Below are positions 17,162 to 25,299 of a stretch of DNA of 25,415 bases, in pieces; positions within the stretch are counted from its first letter, which is position 1, and each line of letters opens with the position of its first letter. The notes beneath the pieces were generated by a model. It did not search any database, had not been told where the DNA came from, and worked only from the letters and a program-made list of their open reading frames with translations. A program made the translations under genes and the position numbers. Origin of the DNA: a virus (taxonomy: Duplodnaviria > Caudoviricetes); the IMG/VR virus record IMGVR_UViG_3300017912_000876, positions 1 to 25,415 of that record; one strand, 5' to 3'.

Positions 17162-17460
17162 TGGTACAGAGTTTAATTGAGTATGCAACATTTAAAGTGA
17201 AAGACTATGAACCAAGTGTCTATGGTCAAGCATTGTGTGATAAAGCAACCGAAGTTTATCAGATGTACTTAGATGGCAAGATTGCAAACAAACAGTATGC
17301 AGACGAAGTTGCCGCAGGTACAGATGAAGTAGAAGAATATTTTGTCACTCACGTAGATGAGAAGATGAAAGATGATGTGAACTACGAAACGATCTTAGAT
17401 GATTTGCTTTTGTATGTTGACGAAAACAACGCCAAACTTTGCAGTTGGGCACTAATATAG
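17161..17460 (+). CDS. Hypothetical acidic protein
   Basis: GAGGAG RBS, TAATG coupling. Confidence 0.7.
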   Translation: MVQSLIEYATFKVKDYEPSVYGQALCDKATEVYQMYLDGKIANKQYADEVAAGTDEVEEYFVTHVDEKMKDDVNYETILDDLLLYVDENNAKLCSWALI

Positions 17461-17473
17461 AAAGAGGTACATT

Positions 17474-17650
17474 ATGGTAGGACTAAAGTTTATAATCGGT
17501 TTATTCTCAATCATCTATGCAGTTGGTTGTATTGATGGTGGGTATAACGGCATCCCAATGAATGACAATTGGACAGGTTTCGCAATCGGTACAATTGTTG
17601 GTTTTACATTTTTGATTTGGGCAGTTATGTCGCAGGTAGAGGATCAGTAA
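17474..17650 (+). CDS. Small two-TM membrane protein (not in ORF track)
   Basis: GAGG RBS; MVGLKFIIGLFSIIYAVGCIDGG...FAIGTIVGFTFLIWAV, 58 aa. Confidence 0.7.
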   Translation: MVGLKFIIGLFSIIYAVGCIDGGYNGIPMNDNWTGFAIGTIVGFTFLIWAVMSQVEDQ

Positions 17651-17796
17651 TGGATTTAGGTAGTGGACTACTTTTGTTCTTTATTGGTAGTATAGTAACA
17701 GTATTGTTTTTCACGCTGTGGTTTAAAGCGATGGAACAACAAGAAAAGGAAAGGGGCCTCTTAAAAAAAGGGGTTGACAACGATGATGAATCCTGA
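17650..17796 (+). CDS. Small single-TM membrane protein
   Basis: Start reassigned to ATG 17650 (GAGGA RBS, TAATG coupling); MDLGSGLLLFFIGSIVTVLFF. Confidence 0.65.
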   Translation: MDLGSGLLLFFIGSIVTVLFFTLWFKAMEQQEKERGLLKKGVDNDDES

Positions 17797-17802
17797 TAAT
17801 GT
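17774..17802 (+). promoter_or_regulatory. Sigma70-type early promoter
   Basis: TTGACA-17 nt-TAATGT with TCCTGA before the -10, as in the other promoters. Confidence 0.7.
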
Positions 17803-17886
17803 AACATATGTATTTGATCATTTGATCAAAGTATTAACAGAAAAGTATGGGTGGACAGACGTTCCACTAATAAAGAAAGATTAATT

Positions 17887-18243
17887 ATGGGTTTGATTTA
17901 TATACATCAGAAAGTACGTAAGAGAAAGAAGTTGCCATTGACACCTTCTTTAATCAAGGCAAGAGAAGAACACAAGAAGTTTTTAGATAGTATTGGTTAC
18001 AAGAAGATTGCTAGAAAACACTTTCAGGCTTTCAATGATATAAATTATACCTTTGGTAGAGACGAAGACAAACCAAAAGAAAAACAGATTCCACTGTCAA
18101 ACAAGATCGGAACAGGTGGCCAGAAGTCAAAAGACGAGGCATGGAAACTTGAGGCGAGTAAAAGATTTACCGTTGCGCCTGCCTACAACAAAGGTGCTTA
18201 TCAAGTTATCAGTAAACAAGACGTAAAGGATATAGGTAAATGA
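17887..18243 (+). CDS. Conserved basic hypothetical phage protein
   Basis: Likely start ATG 17887; C-terminal FTVAPAYNKGAYQVI motif recalled from marine T4-like phages. Confidence 0.75.
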   Translation: MGLIYIHQKVRKRKKLPLTPSLIKAREEHKKFLDSIGYKKIARKHFQAFNDINYTFGRDEDKPKEKQIPLSNKIGTGGQKSKDEAWKLEASKRFTVAPAYNKGAYQVISKQDVKDIGK

Positions 18244-18476
18244 TTATTAATATAGGTGATACAATACGTGACAGTAGAGGACGTGAAGGCGAGATCGTAA
18301 ATATCGGAATCGCTACAGAGAAAACAGATATTGCAGCTGAGAATGATACATCTCTCAATGCACAAACTTATGATACAGAATTGAACTACATTGGTGCAGT
18401 AACCTTTGGTTCAAATTGGTGTTACTTCGACCAGATCGAAGAAGTAACGAAAAGAAAAGCAGACGATACGGAGTAA
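18240..18476 (+). CDS. Hypothetical protein (small beta-barrel-like)
   Basis: INIGDTIRDSRGREGEIVNI, KOW/SH3-like pattern; ATGA coupling. Confidence 0.65.
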   Translation: MIINIGDTIRDSRGREGEIVNIGIATEKTDIAAENDTSLNAQTYDTELNYIGAVTFGSNWCYFDQIEEVTKRKADDTE

Positions 18477-18478
18477 TT

Positions 18479-18700
18479 ATGAAAGCAGTAGATATGATCG
18501 CAGTTGCAGTTGCAGCTTTGATTTTTATGTTGGTCACTGGCATTGCAAAAGCAAATCCAGTTGATACAATTACAGAGTGGTTGTCTAACGAAAAGACAAA
18601 GATTGTTGAGTATCAAACTGAGAGTTGGGAAAAAGGTAAAGTCCAATTAGCAAATACAAAACAATCAATCTTAAACTTGTTTAAGAAAGACGAAGAATAA
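18479..18700 (+). CDS. Hypothetical secreted/membrane protein
   Basis: Start ATG 18479 with GGAG RBS; signal peptide ending AKA. Confidence 0.65.
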   Translation: MKAVDMIAVAVAALIFMLVTGIAKANPVDTITEWLSNEKTKIVEYQTESWEKGKVQLANTKQSILNLFKKDEE

Positions 18701-18701
18701 T

Positions 18702-18932
18702 ATGGGTATGTGTGAGGCAGTTTTAGTTATTTTATTATCTTTCAATGGTGAAACATTGTTGCACAAAATAAATGATAAACCTGTCTCATATCCATTTGAA
18801 TACGATGCCATGGTAGAAGAATGGCGAGAAAAGAATACTACACACTTTTGGGAAATCGGTGGTGACTTCTCAAAACAAGGACACTATTTAAACAATGCGA
18901 AAGGTACATTACAAGGGTCAATATGCGAGTAA
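18702..18932 (+). CDS. Hypothetical protein
   Basis: Tightly packed ORF, hydrophobic N-terminus. Confidence 0.6.
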   Translation: MGMCEAVLVILLSFNGETLLHKINDKPVSYPFEYDAMVEEWREKNTTHFWEIGGDFSKQGHYLNNAKGTLQGSICE

Positions 18933-19204
18933 TTAAAGATTTTTGGGTTTCATCTTATCAGAGTGATAAGATTGCCTTTTATAACGAATTAGTAAGTTTT
19001 ATTTTTATTGTTGGTGCAAGTATGACAATGGCGATTACAGCAGTTGCACCAGACATGAGATATATCTATCCAGGATATTTTGTAGGGAGTTTAACAGCAA
19101 CCTATGCTCACTATAGAAGAAAATTAGCATGGCCGACACTACTTGTTGGTTATTTCTGTTTTGTTAACTTCTATGGTTGGTTAGTTGCGATGAGATTTGT
19201 ATGA
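18923..19204 (+). CDS. Three-TM membrane protein
   Basis: FWVSSYQSDKIAFYNE start followed by three hydrophobic segments. Confidence 0.7.
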   Translation: MRVIKDFWVSSYQSDKIAFYNELVSFIFIVGASMTMAITAVAPDMRYIYPGYFVGSLTATYAHYRRKLAWPTLLVGYFCFVNFYGWLVAMRFV

Positions 19205-19512
19205 TAGAACCATTAAAAGAAAAACTAGACGATAAGATTAAAGCACTGAACTCCAGTAGGGTTTACAAGAAGATTACACCGAGAGGTGATCTGTCTTGGT
19301 ATCTAAAATGGATTTCAGTTGTTTTAATTTTAGTTGCAACAGCAGCCAGATCAGTAGGCACAATCCCTCACATTGATTTGTGGTTTGGATTGTTTGGTAC
19401 ATTAGGTTGGGCAGCCGTTGGTTATCTATGGCATGACAGAGCATTATTGTTTCTAAATGCAGTATTGGTTACACTAATTACTATGGGGTTATTTAATTAT
19501 TATTTTGCATGA
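19201..19512 (+). CDS. Three-TM membrane protein
   Basis: Start ATG 19201 (ATGA coupling); WYLKW...GTLGWAAVGYLWHDRALLFLN. Confidence 0.7.
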   Translation: MIEPLKEKLDDKIKALNSSRVYKKITPRGDLSWYLKWISVVLILVATAARSVGTIPHIDLWFGLFGTLGWAAVGYLWHDRALLFLNAVLVTLITMGLFNYYFA

Positions 19513-19601
19513 TTGATTTTATTATCAGTATCGGATTAAGTATGATGCCTATTATTGTTATAGTTTTATTATTATGGATGTGGAACAATGAAAGAGTTTG
19601 A
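19509..19601 (+). CDS. 30-aa single-TM peptide (not in ORF track)
   Basis: ATGA coupling; MIDFIISIGLSMMPIIVIVLLLWMWNNERV fills the gap. Confidence 0.55.
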   Translation: MIDFIISIGLSMMPIIVIVLLLWMWNNERV

Positions 19602-20040
19602 TTACAGTTTAGATTATAAAAATATGATGTTTGATGCAAATGATAAACGTTATAGAATTGGTAGAGGTGAACAAGGAGTATTATTAGTTAGACCTTATAC
19701 AGATGATATTTGTAAATACTGGCGATTTAAAACACCAGAAGATGCAATTATATCATCAACAAGAATATTATTCATGTATCATAGTTACAAAGATAAAAAA
19801 GATTTTGTTGGTATGGATATGTGTAGAAAATTTTTAGAGATGGGTTTTACCCGAGCGAGAAGATATGCTAATCACAAAGATGGTAAGAAATACAAAGACG
19901 GTAAAGTATTACCACAAGAGAAAGACGCATTGACAAGTCCGAAAGCAATTTCAGCTCGTATCTTTAAAATGGCACGAGACAAAGTAACAACAGATGAAAC
20001 ATATAAAACTATGAGACACGATTGGAGGTCTAATGAATAA
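19588..20040 (+). CDS. DUF4385 family protein
   Basis: YRIGRGEQGVLLVRPY...WRFKTP...GMDMCRKFLEMGFTRARRYANH. Confidence 0.85.
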   Translation: MKEFDYSLDYKNMMFDANDKRYRIGRGEQGVLLVRPYTDDICKYWRFKTPEDAIISSTRILFMYHSYKDKKDFVGMDMCRKFLEMGFTRARRYANHKDGKKYKDGKVLPQEKDALTSPKAISARIFKMARDKVTTDETYKTMRHDWRSNE

Positions 20041-20593
20041 TGAGTTAAAGTTATTACCACCAGATGATAAAATGGTATTAACAAAACTTGACACTTTTGA
20101 CGATAAGATGTTAATGTTAAGAGGGTTTAAGAACAGACAAGAACTCACAGAAAAGATGTTCTTGTTAATGAAGAAATATGCTGGTCTAGGTTTATCAGCA
20201 AATCAAGTTGGGTTACCATACAAGATGTTTGTAATGGGTGGTCATCCACAAATAGAAAATGCTAAATCAATTGCGATGTTCAATCCTGAACTAGTGTCAG
20301 AGAGTGACGAGAAAGTTATAATGACAGAGGGTTGTTTAACTTTCCCAATGATTTTCTTAGATGTTGAGAGATCAAAAGAATGTACATTTAAGTATACAGA
20401 TAGTGAAGGCAAACCACAGACAGCAGACTTAACAGGTATGTTGGCAAGAGTTGCTTTACATGAATATGATCATATGAATGGCATTCAATTTACTTCAAAA
20501 GTTTCAAAATTCAAACTACAAAGGGCGAAGGAGAAAGCAGAAAAAGAAATCAAAAAAATAATGAGGGCACAAAAAAATGAAAAGAGAGCATAA
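20033..20593 (+). CDS. def: Peptide deformylase
   Basis: GLGLSANQVG, EGCLT and HEYDHMNG motifs. Confidence 0.95.
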   Translation: MNNELKLLPPDDKMVLTKLDTFDDKMLMLRGFKNRQELTEKMFLLMKKYAGLGLSANQVGLPYKMFVMGGHPQIENAKSIAMFNPELVSESDEKVIMTEGCLTFPMIFLDVERSKECTFKYTDSEGKPQTADLTGMLARVALHEYDHMNGIQFTSKVSKFKLQRAKEKAEKEIKKIMRAQKNEKRA

Positions 20594-20882
20594 ACCTTTA
20601 GAGATGATACATGCTGAATGGCATGATGTCAAAAAAGAAGATAAAGAAACAAGAGTAAAATGGTTAATTAAACACCAGAAGATGCATTTACCATATGATA
20701 TCAATTGGGAAAAATTAATCGAATGTAATAGAACTGGTAAGTGGCCTATTATTGCAAAACCAGCTGCAATCAAGTTACCAAAGAAACATGAAAAACTTTA
20801 CGAAGAAATTATGGCAGATGATGTAGGGTTAACAGATGCACACGAGGAGATGACCGATGAAGAAATGGATGCTCTTCTTTAG
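20577..20882 (+). CDS. Hypothetical protein
   Basis: 101-aa ORF overlapping both neighbours, GAGG RBS. Confidence 0.65.
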   Translation: MKREHKPLEMIHAEWHDVKKEDKETRVKWLIKHQKMHLPYDINWEKLIECNRTGKWPIIAKPAAIKLPKKHEKLYEEIMADDVGLTDAHEEMTDEEMDALL

Positions 20883-21339
20883 TATTTTCTTTTTGATTGG
20901 TTGTGCTCAGAATAGAAATGTGTCTAGTCACTTCGGTGCAACAGTAGGGGCAGTAAGTGCTGGTACAACGTGTTATCAGATGATTTCACAGAATGCTCCA
21001 CTTGTGGCAGCATGTGCTGTGATTGGTAGTTTCGCTGGTGCTGAACTATTTTATAAATCAGATCGAAATATTCACACGGCTGTGTTTGTAGATCATTTAA
21101 ATACATCACCTGTGAAACCTAGTTACACAACTTGGTTTAATCCAAGAACTGGTAACAATGGTGACATTAAAATTAATAGGACGTATGTAATAGATTCAGG
21201 TATGAAATGCAGTGATTATATTTCATCTATGAATATTACAACTCACTGGCCATTGGCAGGTATTGATAGGTCAACTGAGTTTGGCACGGCGTGTCAACAT
21301 CCTGATGGAGTATGGGAGGTTGTAAATGTCACATCGTAG
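20857..21339 (+). CDS. Lipoprotein, 17-kDa surface antigen / RT0821-Lpp0805-like
   Basis: Lipobox LIGC, glycine-zipper-like segment, W.NP.TGNNG, C..Y, GTACQHPDGVW. Confidence 0.75.
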   Translation: MKKWMLFFSIFFLIGCAQNRNVSSHFGATVGAVSAGTTCYQMISQNAPLVAACAVIGSFAGAELFYKSDRNIHTAVFVDHLNTSPVKPSYTTWFNPRTGNNGDIKINRTYVIDSGMKCSDYISSMNITTHWPLAGIDRSTEFGTACQHPDGVWEVVNVTS

Positions 21340-21679
21340 ATTTAATCAATTTTTTTGGATGATAGTTATTATCTTTATTGTTTATGTAGGAACTTTATTT
21401 TATGGTGTTTTTGCACAAGCAAATGAGACAGTACCACATACAAAAAGTAATTGTGTAATCACACAAGAAATCGATCCTGATACTATGATTGTTCTTAGGG
21501 AAAAAATGGTATGTAGAGATGGTTATATTGGACCAAGTTATTGGGAAATATTTGCACAATTTTATTACAATAATGCTGATGTACCTAGTTACTGTAGGTG
21601 GATCGACAGAAAAGACCATGCTTATCACACACCAGTGAAAGTATGTTTAACTGAAGAAGGAGAGTGGAAATATGATTAA
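21326..21679 (+). CDS. Membrane-anchored Cys-containing hypothetical protein
   Basis: N-terminal TM/signal, four Cys, C-terminal VCLTEEGEW. Confidence 0.7.
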   Translation: MSHRRFNQFFWMIVIIFIVYVGTLFYGVFAQANETVPHTKSNCVITQEIDPDTMIVLREKMVCRDGYIGPSYWEIFAQFYYNNADVPSYCRWIDRKDHAYHTPVKVCLTEEGEWKYD

Positions 21680-21773
21680 CTTCGTATTTGGTGCGATAGT
21701 TGGTGGATTTATTGTTTATGTTAATCCTACAATTGTCGATAATATAATGAGTATGATAAAGGGGGTGTTATAA
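21672..21773 (+). CDS. 33-aa hydrophobic peptide (not in ORF track)
   Basis: MINFVFGAIVGGFIVYVNPTIVDNIMSMIKGVL, fills the gap between ORFs. Confidence 0.55.
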   Translation: MINFVFGAIVGGFIVYVNPTIVDNIMSMIKGVL

Positions 21774-21774
21774 T

Positions 21775-22359
21775 ATGAAATACTTATTGATAGTATTACT
21801 TGGTTTAGTAATGACAGCGTGTTCTGGTAATTACAAAGTAAAACAAGAATCAAGTAGAAACAACGATATGCTGAAAGAAGTTCCGAAGTGGTTTGTAGTC
21901 AAACCATCGAGTAAGAACTACATGTATGGTGCTGGTGTTGCAACTAGTCCAGACTTAAATTTGGCAATCAAAAAAGCAAATCTACTTGCGAAAGCAGAGA
22001 TTGCTGATATAATCAATGGTGAAATGAATGAACGTGCTACGTTTTTCTCAACTGAAGTAGGTAGAGACAAAGGTAAGACTACTGTTCAGGAGTTTGATAG
22101 AACTATTGTAAACGTTATATCAAAAACAGCAGTGGTTGGTTATGAGATTGCTGAACAAGAAATCTTTACAACAGCCTTTGATGAATACAGAGTGTATATT
22201 CTTATGCAATTCTCGTATGATGATCAGAATAAACTGTGGGAAAAGATCATTAATGACAGTGTAAGTCAGATCAATACTACGGCGATCAAAGACGCAAATA
22301 TCAAGGCTATAGATAAAGAATATATAGATACATACAATAAAATAATTACAAAAGAGTAA
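21775..22359 (+). CDS. Lipoprotein, LPP20-like
   Basis: Lipobox MTAC, VPKWF, YGAGVATSPDLNLAIKKA...AKAEIA. Confidence 0.7.
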   Translation: MKYLLIVLLGLVMTACSGNYKVKQESSRNNDMLKEVPKWFVVKPSSKNYMYGAGVATSPDLNLAIKKANLLAKAEIADIINGEMNERATFFSTEVGRDKGKTTVQEFDRTIVNVISKTAVVGYEIAEQEIFTTAFDEYRVYILMQFSYDDQNKLWEKIINDSVSQINTTAIKDANIKAIDKEYIDTYNKIITKE

Positions 22360-22363
22360 TAAT

Positions 22364-22639
22364 ATGTCTATAGTTATCTATTCAAAACCAAACTGTACTT
22401 ATTGTGTACAAGCAAAAGACTTGTTACGTAAGTGCAGTATGGAGTTTGAAGAAAAAATGTTTGGTAAAGATTTCATGTCGCCAGAGGAATTATATGAGGC
22501 AGTTGGTAAACAAGTTAGAACCATGCCTCAGATAATGATTGATGGTGAACTAGTTGGTGGTTTTAATCACCTAAAAGAATATCTTTTAGATAAGGGTTAC
22601 ATCAACTTCCAAGGTGAGATCATTGAAAAAAACGTATGA
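22364..22639 (+). CDS. nrdC: Glutaredoxin (T4 NrdC-like)
   Basis: IYSKPNCTYC, RTMPQI, LVGGF. Confidence 0.9.
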   Translation: MSIVIYSKPNCTYCVQAKDLLRKCSMEFEEKMFGKDFMSPEELYEAVGKQVRTMPQIMIDGELVGGFNHLKEYLLDKGYINFQGEIIEKNV

Positions 22640-22716
22640 GGTCTACAAAAGAAAAGCGATACAACAGGAGTTATCAATAAAGGGTATTTTAAAATACTTT
22701 GAACTAAAGGAAAAAT

Positions 22717-23112
22717 ATGGGCGAAGTAATCGACTTCAAAACAAGACAAAAAGTAAAACTTAAAAACGAAAAGATGTCTAAGAAGCAACAAGACGATGGT
22801 CTTCGTGCCTATGCTAACAGTATGGTAGATGACTATATGGTACGTCTCATACATGAATGGCAACACGAGGGTTTAGGTATTGGTTCTACTAAATGGCAAA
22901 GTAGTAAACGTACATTTAAAGAACTAGGTTTCTTTATTGAAGCTTTGAGAGCGTTAGTATTAAAAGAGTTTAATTTAAAACATCCAATGCAGGATGTAGT
23001 CAAAGATATGATGAAAATAATGAAGGATCCAAAGACGAATAAATACTTTTCACAGATACAGTATCCGAAAGTAGAAAAGACAGTAGAATTTGAAGGTGAT
23101 GATTTAAAATGA
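22717..23112 (+). CDS. Hypothetical protein
   Basis: AAGGA RBS; MGEVIDF start; ATGA coupling to rnh. Confidence 0.7.
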   Translation: MGEVIDFKTRQKVKLKNEKMSKKQQDDGLRAYANSMVDDYMVRLIHEWQHEGLGIGSTKWQSSKRTFKELGFFIEALRALVLKEFNLKHPMQDVVKDMMKIMKDPKTNKYFSQIQYPKVEKTVEFEGDDLK

Positions 23113-23951
23113 TTTTGATTGATTTAAACCAAGTAATGATTTCAAACATGATGGCACAACTCGGTGGTAAGGGTGCAGACATCAGCGAGGATTTAGTAAG
23201 GCATATGATACTAAATTCTATACGTGGTTACAATGTAAAATTCAAAGAAGAATTTGGTGACATTATTATATGCTGTGATAGTAGACACTATTGGCGTAGA
23301 GAAGTATTTCCAAATTACAAATCACAAAGAAAACAAGCAAGAGAAGAATCTTCACACGATTGGGATAAGATATTTACAATCTTTAATCAAGTCAGAGATG
23401 AATTAAAAGAACACATGCCGTACAGAGTGGTAGACGTGTATGGTGCAGAGGCAGACGATATCATCGCTGTACTCGTTAAAAATCATCCAGACGAAAAGAT
23501 GTTAATCCTAAGTGGTGATAAAGATTTTATTCAGTTACAAAAATACAGTAACGTGAAACAATATGCACCCATACAAAAGAAATGGGTAGATGGTGTGGAT
23601 CCTAAACAGTATATCAAAGAGCATATACTCAAAGGTGATCGTGGTGACAGTATTCCAAACTTTTTATCAGCAGATGATACGTTTGTGAATGGCATTAGAC
23701 AAAAACCAATTAGTAAAAAGAAATTGAGTTATTGGATTGCTAGTGATCCTAAAGGCTTCTGTAATGAATATCAGTACAGAAATTTCCAACGAAATATGCG
23801 CCTTGTGGATTTCGACTATATACCTAAAGAGGTAGAAGACGATATTATGACAGAGTTTAAGAGTGTACAGTTTGTAGGCAGACATAACATTCTAAACTAC
23901 TTTATCAAAAACAAATTAAAAGACTTAATAGGTCAAATACAGGAGTTCTAA
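23109..23951 (+). CDS. rnh: T4-type RNase H (5'-3' exonuclease)
   Basis: MILIDLNQ, YWRR..FPNYK..R, EADDIIA, SGDKDFIQLQ, GDRGDSIPN. Confidence 0.95.
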   Translation: MILIDLNQVMISNMMAQLGGKGADISEDLVRHMILNSIRGYNVKFKEEFGDIIICCDSRHYWRREVFPNYKSQRKQAREESSHDWDKIFTIFNQVRDELKEHMPYRVVDVYGAEADDIIAVLVKNHPDEKMLILSGDKDFIQLQKYSNVKQYAPIQKKWVDGVDPKQYIKEHILKGDRGDSIPNFLSADDTFVNGIRQKPISKKKLSYWIASDPKGFCNEYQYRNFQRNMRLVDFDYIPKEVEDDIMTEFKSVQFVGRHNILNYFIKNKLKDLIGQIQEF

Positions 23952-23953
23952 AA

Positions 23954-24421
23954 ATGGCATTTGATGAAACAGGAAAGTTCGGACCAACTTTAACTTTCCA
24001 CGAAATTTTAGTGAAAGTGAATAACGCTAAAGACAAACCAAAAAAGTTGCAGGTACTTAAACACTATGATACACCAGAATTAAGAATGGTTCTTAAATCT
24101 GGTTTTGATCCAAATATTACATGGGAGTTGCCGGATGGTACACCACCATATAAAACAAACGAAGCACCAGAGGGTACAGAGCATACGTATCTGAAACGTG
24201 AGGCGAGAAGACTATATCACTTTATCAAAGGTGGTAACCCTAACCTATCGCAGAATAAAAGAGAGATGATGTTCTTGCAGATGTTAGAGGGTCTGAACAA
24301 AGAAGAAGCAGAGTTAATTATCGCCGCAAAAGACAAAGAATTAAACAAGAAATATAAGGGTTTAACGGCAAATTTAGTCAAAGATGCGTTCAACTGGAAC
24401 GATAGTTTCATGCAAAAGTAA
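23954..24421 (+). CDS. Conserved hypothetical protein of marine T4-like phages
   Basis: FDPNITWELPDGTPPY...LYHFIKGG...REMMFLQMLEGL; commonly follows rnh (from recall). Confidence 0.8.
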   Translation: MAFDETGKFGPTLTFHEILVKVNNAKDKPKKLQVLKHYDTPELRMVLKSGFDPNITWELPDGTPPYKTNEAPEGTEHTYLKREARRLYHFIKGGNPNLSQNKREMMFLQMLEGLNKEEAELIIAAKDKELNKKYKGLTANLVKDAFNWNDSFMQK

Positions 24422-24467
24422 GTAAAATCGGGCGTTTTAGGTGCGACAAAATGGGCCAAAATAACCA

Positions 24468-24496
24468 TTGACAATATCGTATATTCCTGTTATTGT
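24468..24496 (+). promoter_or_regulatory. Sigma70-type early promoter
   Basis: TTGACA-17 nt-TATTGT; spacer nearly identical to the 8635 promoter. Confidence 0.8.
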
Positions 24497-24529
24497 ATAT
24501 ACATGATTAACAATAAAGGAGACTACATT

Positions 24530-24775
24530 ATGAAAAACACTAAAATAAACTTTGTATCTGCTAGAGATGGTAAGTTACAATTACATTATACAGAAATGGG
24601 AGTTGAAAAAATAAAGGCTTCTGAAAATCCTATTATTCTTGCTGAAGTTATGAGAAAACATGGATTTGAGGATACAGTTATGGCTTCATCTTCAATGGAT
24701 TATGCGTCTGAAGACGGTTTTAAAACTGATGACGGTGCAAAAAAATTATATCAAAACGCAATTAACTTAATATAA
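24530..24775 (+). CDS. Hypothetical early protein
   Basis: AAGGAG RBS before ATG 24530 (alternative leaderless in-frame ATG at 24503). Confidence 0.7.
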   Translation: MKNTKINFVSARDGKLQLHYTEMGVEKIKASENPIILAEVMRKHGFEDTVMASSSMDYASEDGFKTDDGAKKLYQNAINLI

Positions 24776-24787
24776 GGAGTATACATT

Positions 24788-25003
24788 ATGGGAAAAGTAA
24801 AAGCATGGGCATATGATTGTGCCGAAAAAGAAGTTGACGATATCCTAGATAAAGTTAAATCTGGTGTCATCAGCAGTGACGATGCAGAAAAAGAAATTAT
24901 GCAAGTGTCAAACCTTGACATCTTAGGTGTTGATGAATATAATGTCGATGAGATTATCGATGATTATTTAAATGGTAACACTGTGGGGTATGCATATGCG
25001 TAA
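24788..25003 (+). CDS. Hypothetical acidic early protein
   Basis: AAGGAG RBS; MGKVKAWAYDCAE start. Confidence 0.7.
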   Translation: MGKVKAWAYDCAEKEVDDILDKVKSGVISSDDAEKEIMQVSNLDILGVDEYNVDEIIDDYLNGNTVGYAYA

Positions 25004-25298
25004 GGCGTTTCTATCTCTGTTCGTAGTATTTGTTTACATTTGGTCATGGTCAATCTTTAACGTTGCCAAAGCAGACGATTACAATACGGCTGTTCTTAGT
25101 CATGTAATTAAAGAAAACATTTCAGGTTCGATTGATAATGATGCAGTATTAAAAGCAGAGTTAGATAAAGCCGCATATACATTTGCGATTACGGCATTAT
25201 CTATTTTGGAAAAACAGTTACCACAAATCTTAGAAGGTGTACAAAGAGACTTAGAGATTATGGTAGAAGAAAAATACAAAGAAACAATTACGAACTAA
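24996..25298 (+). CDS. Hypothetical secreted/membrane protein
   Basis: Likely start ATG 24996; signal-like segment ending AKA. Confidence 0.65.
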   Translation: MRKAFLSLFVVFVYIWSWSIFNVAKADDYNTAVLSHVIKENISGSIDNDAVLKAELDKAAYTFAITALSILEKQLPQILEGVQRDLEIMVEEKYKETITN

Positions 25299-25299
25299 T

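Noticed and set aside
17813-17830. FNR/FixK box
   Set aside because: Spacing is TTGAT-N6-ATCAA, not the required N4
24426-24434. AATCGGGCG also present at 7277-7285
   Set aside because: Only 9 nt, and the complementary arm and loop are missing at 24426
917-24474. Minus-strand ORFs in the track other than pstS (e.g. 917-1126, 1552-1854, 2455-2877, 6234-6533, 14706-15059, 24217-24474)
   Set aside because: They are antisense shadows of well-supported + strand genes with no RBS or recognisable motifs
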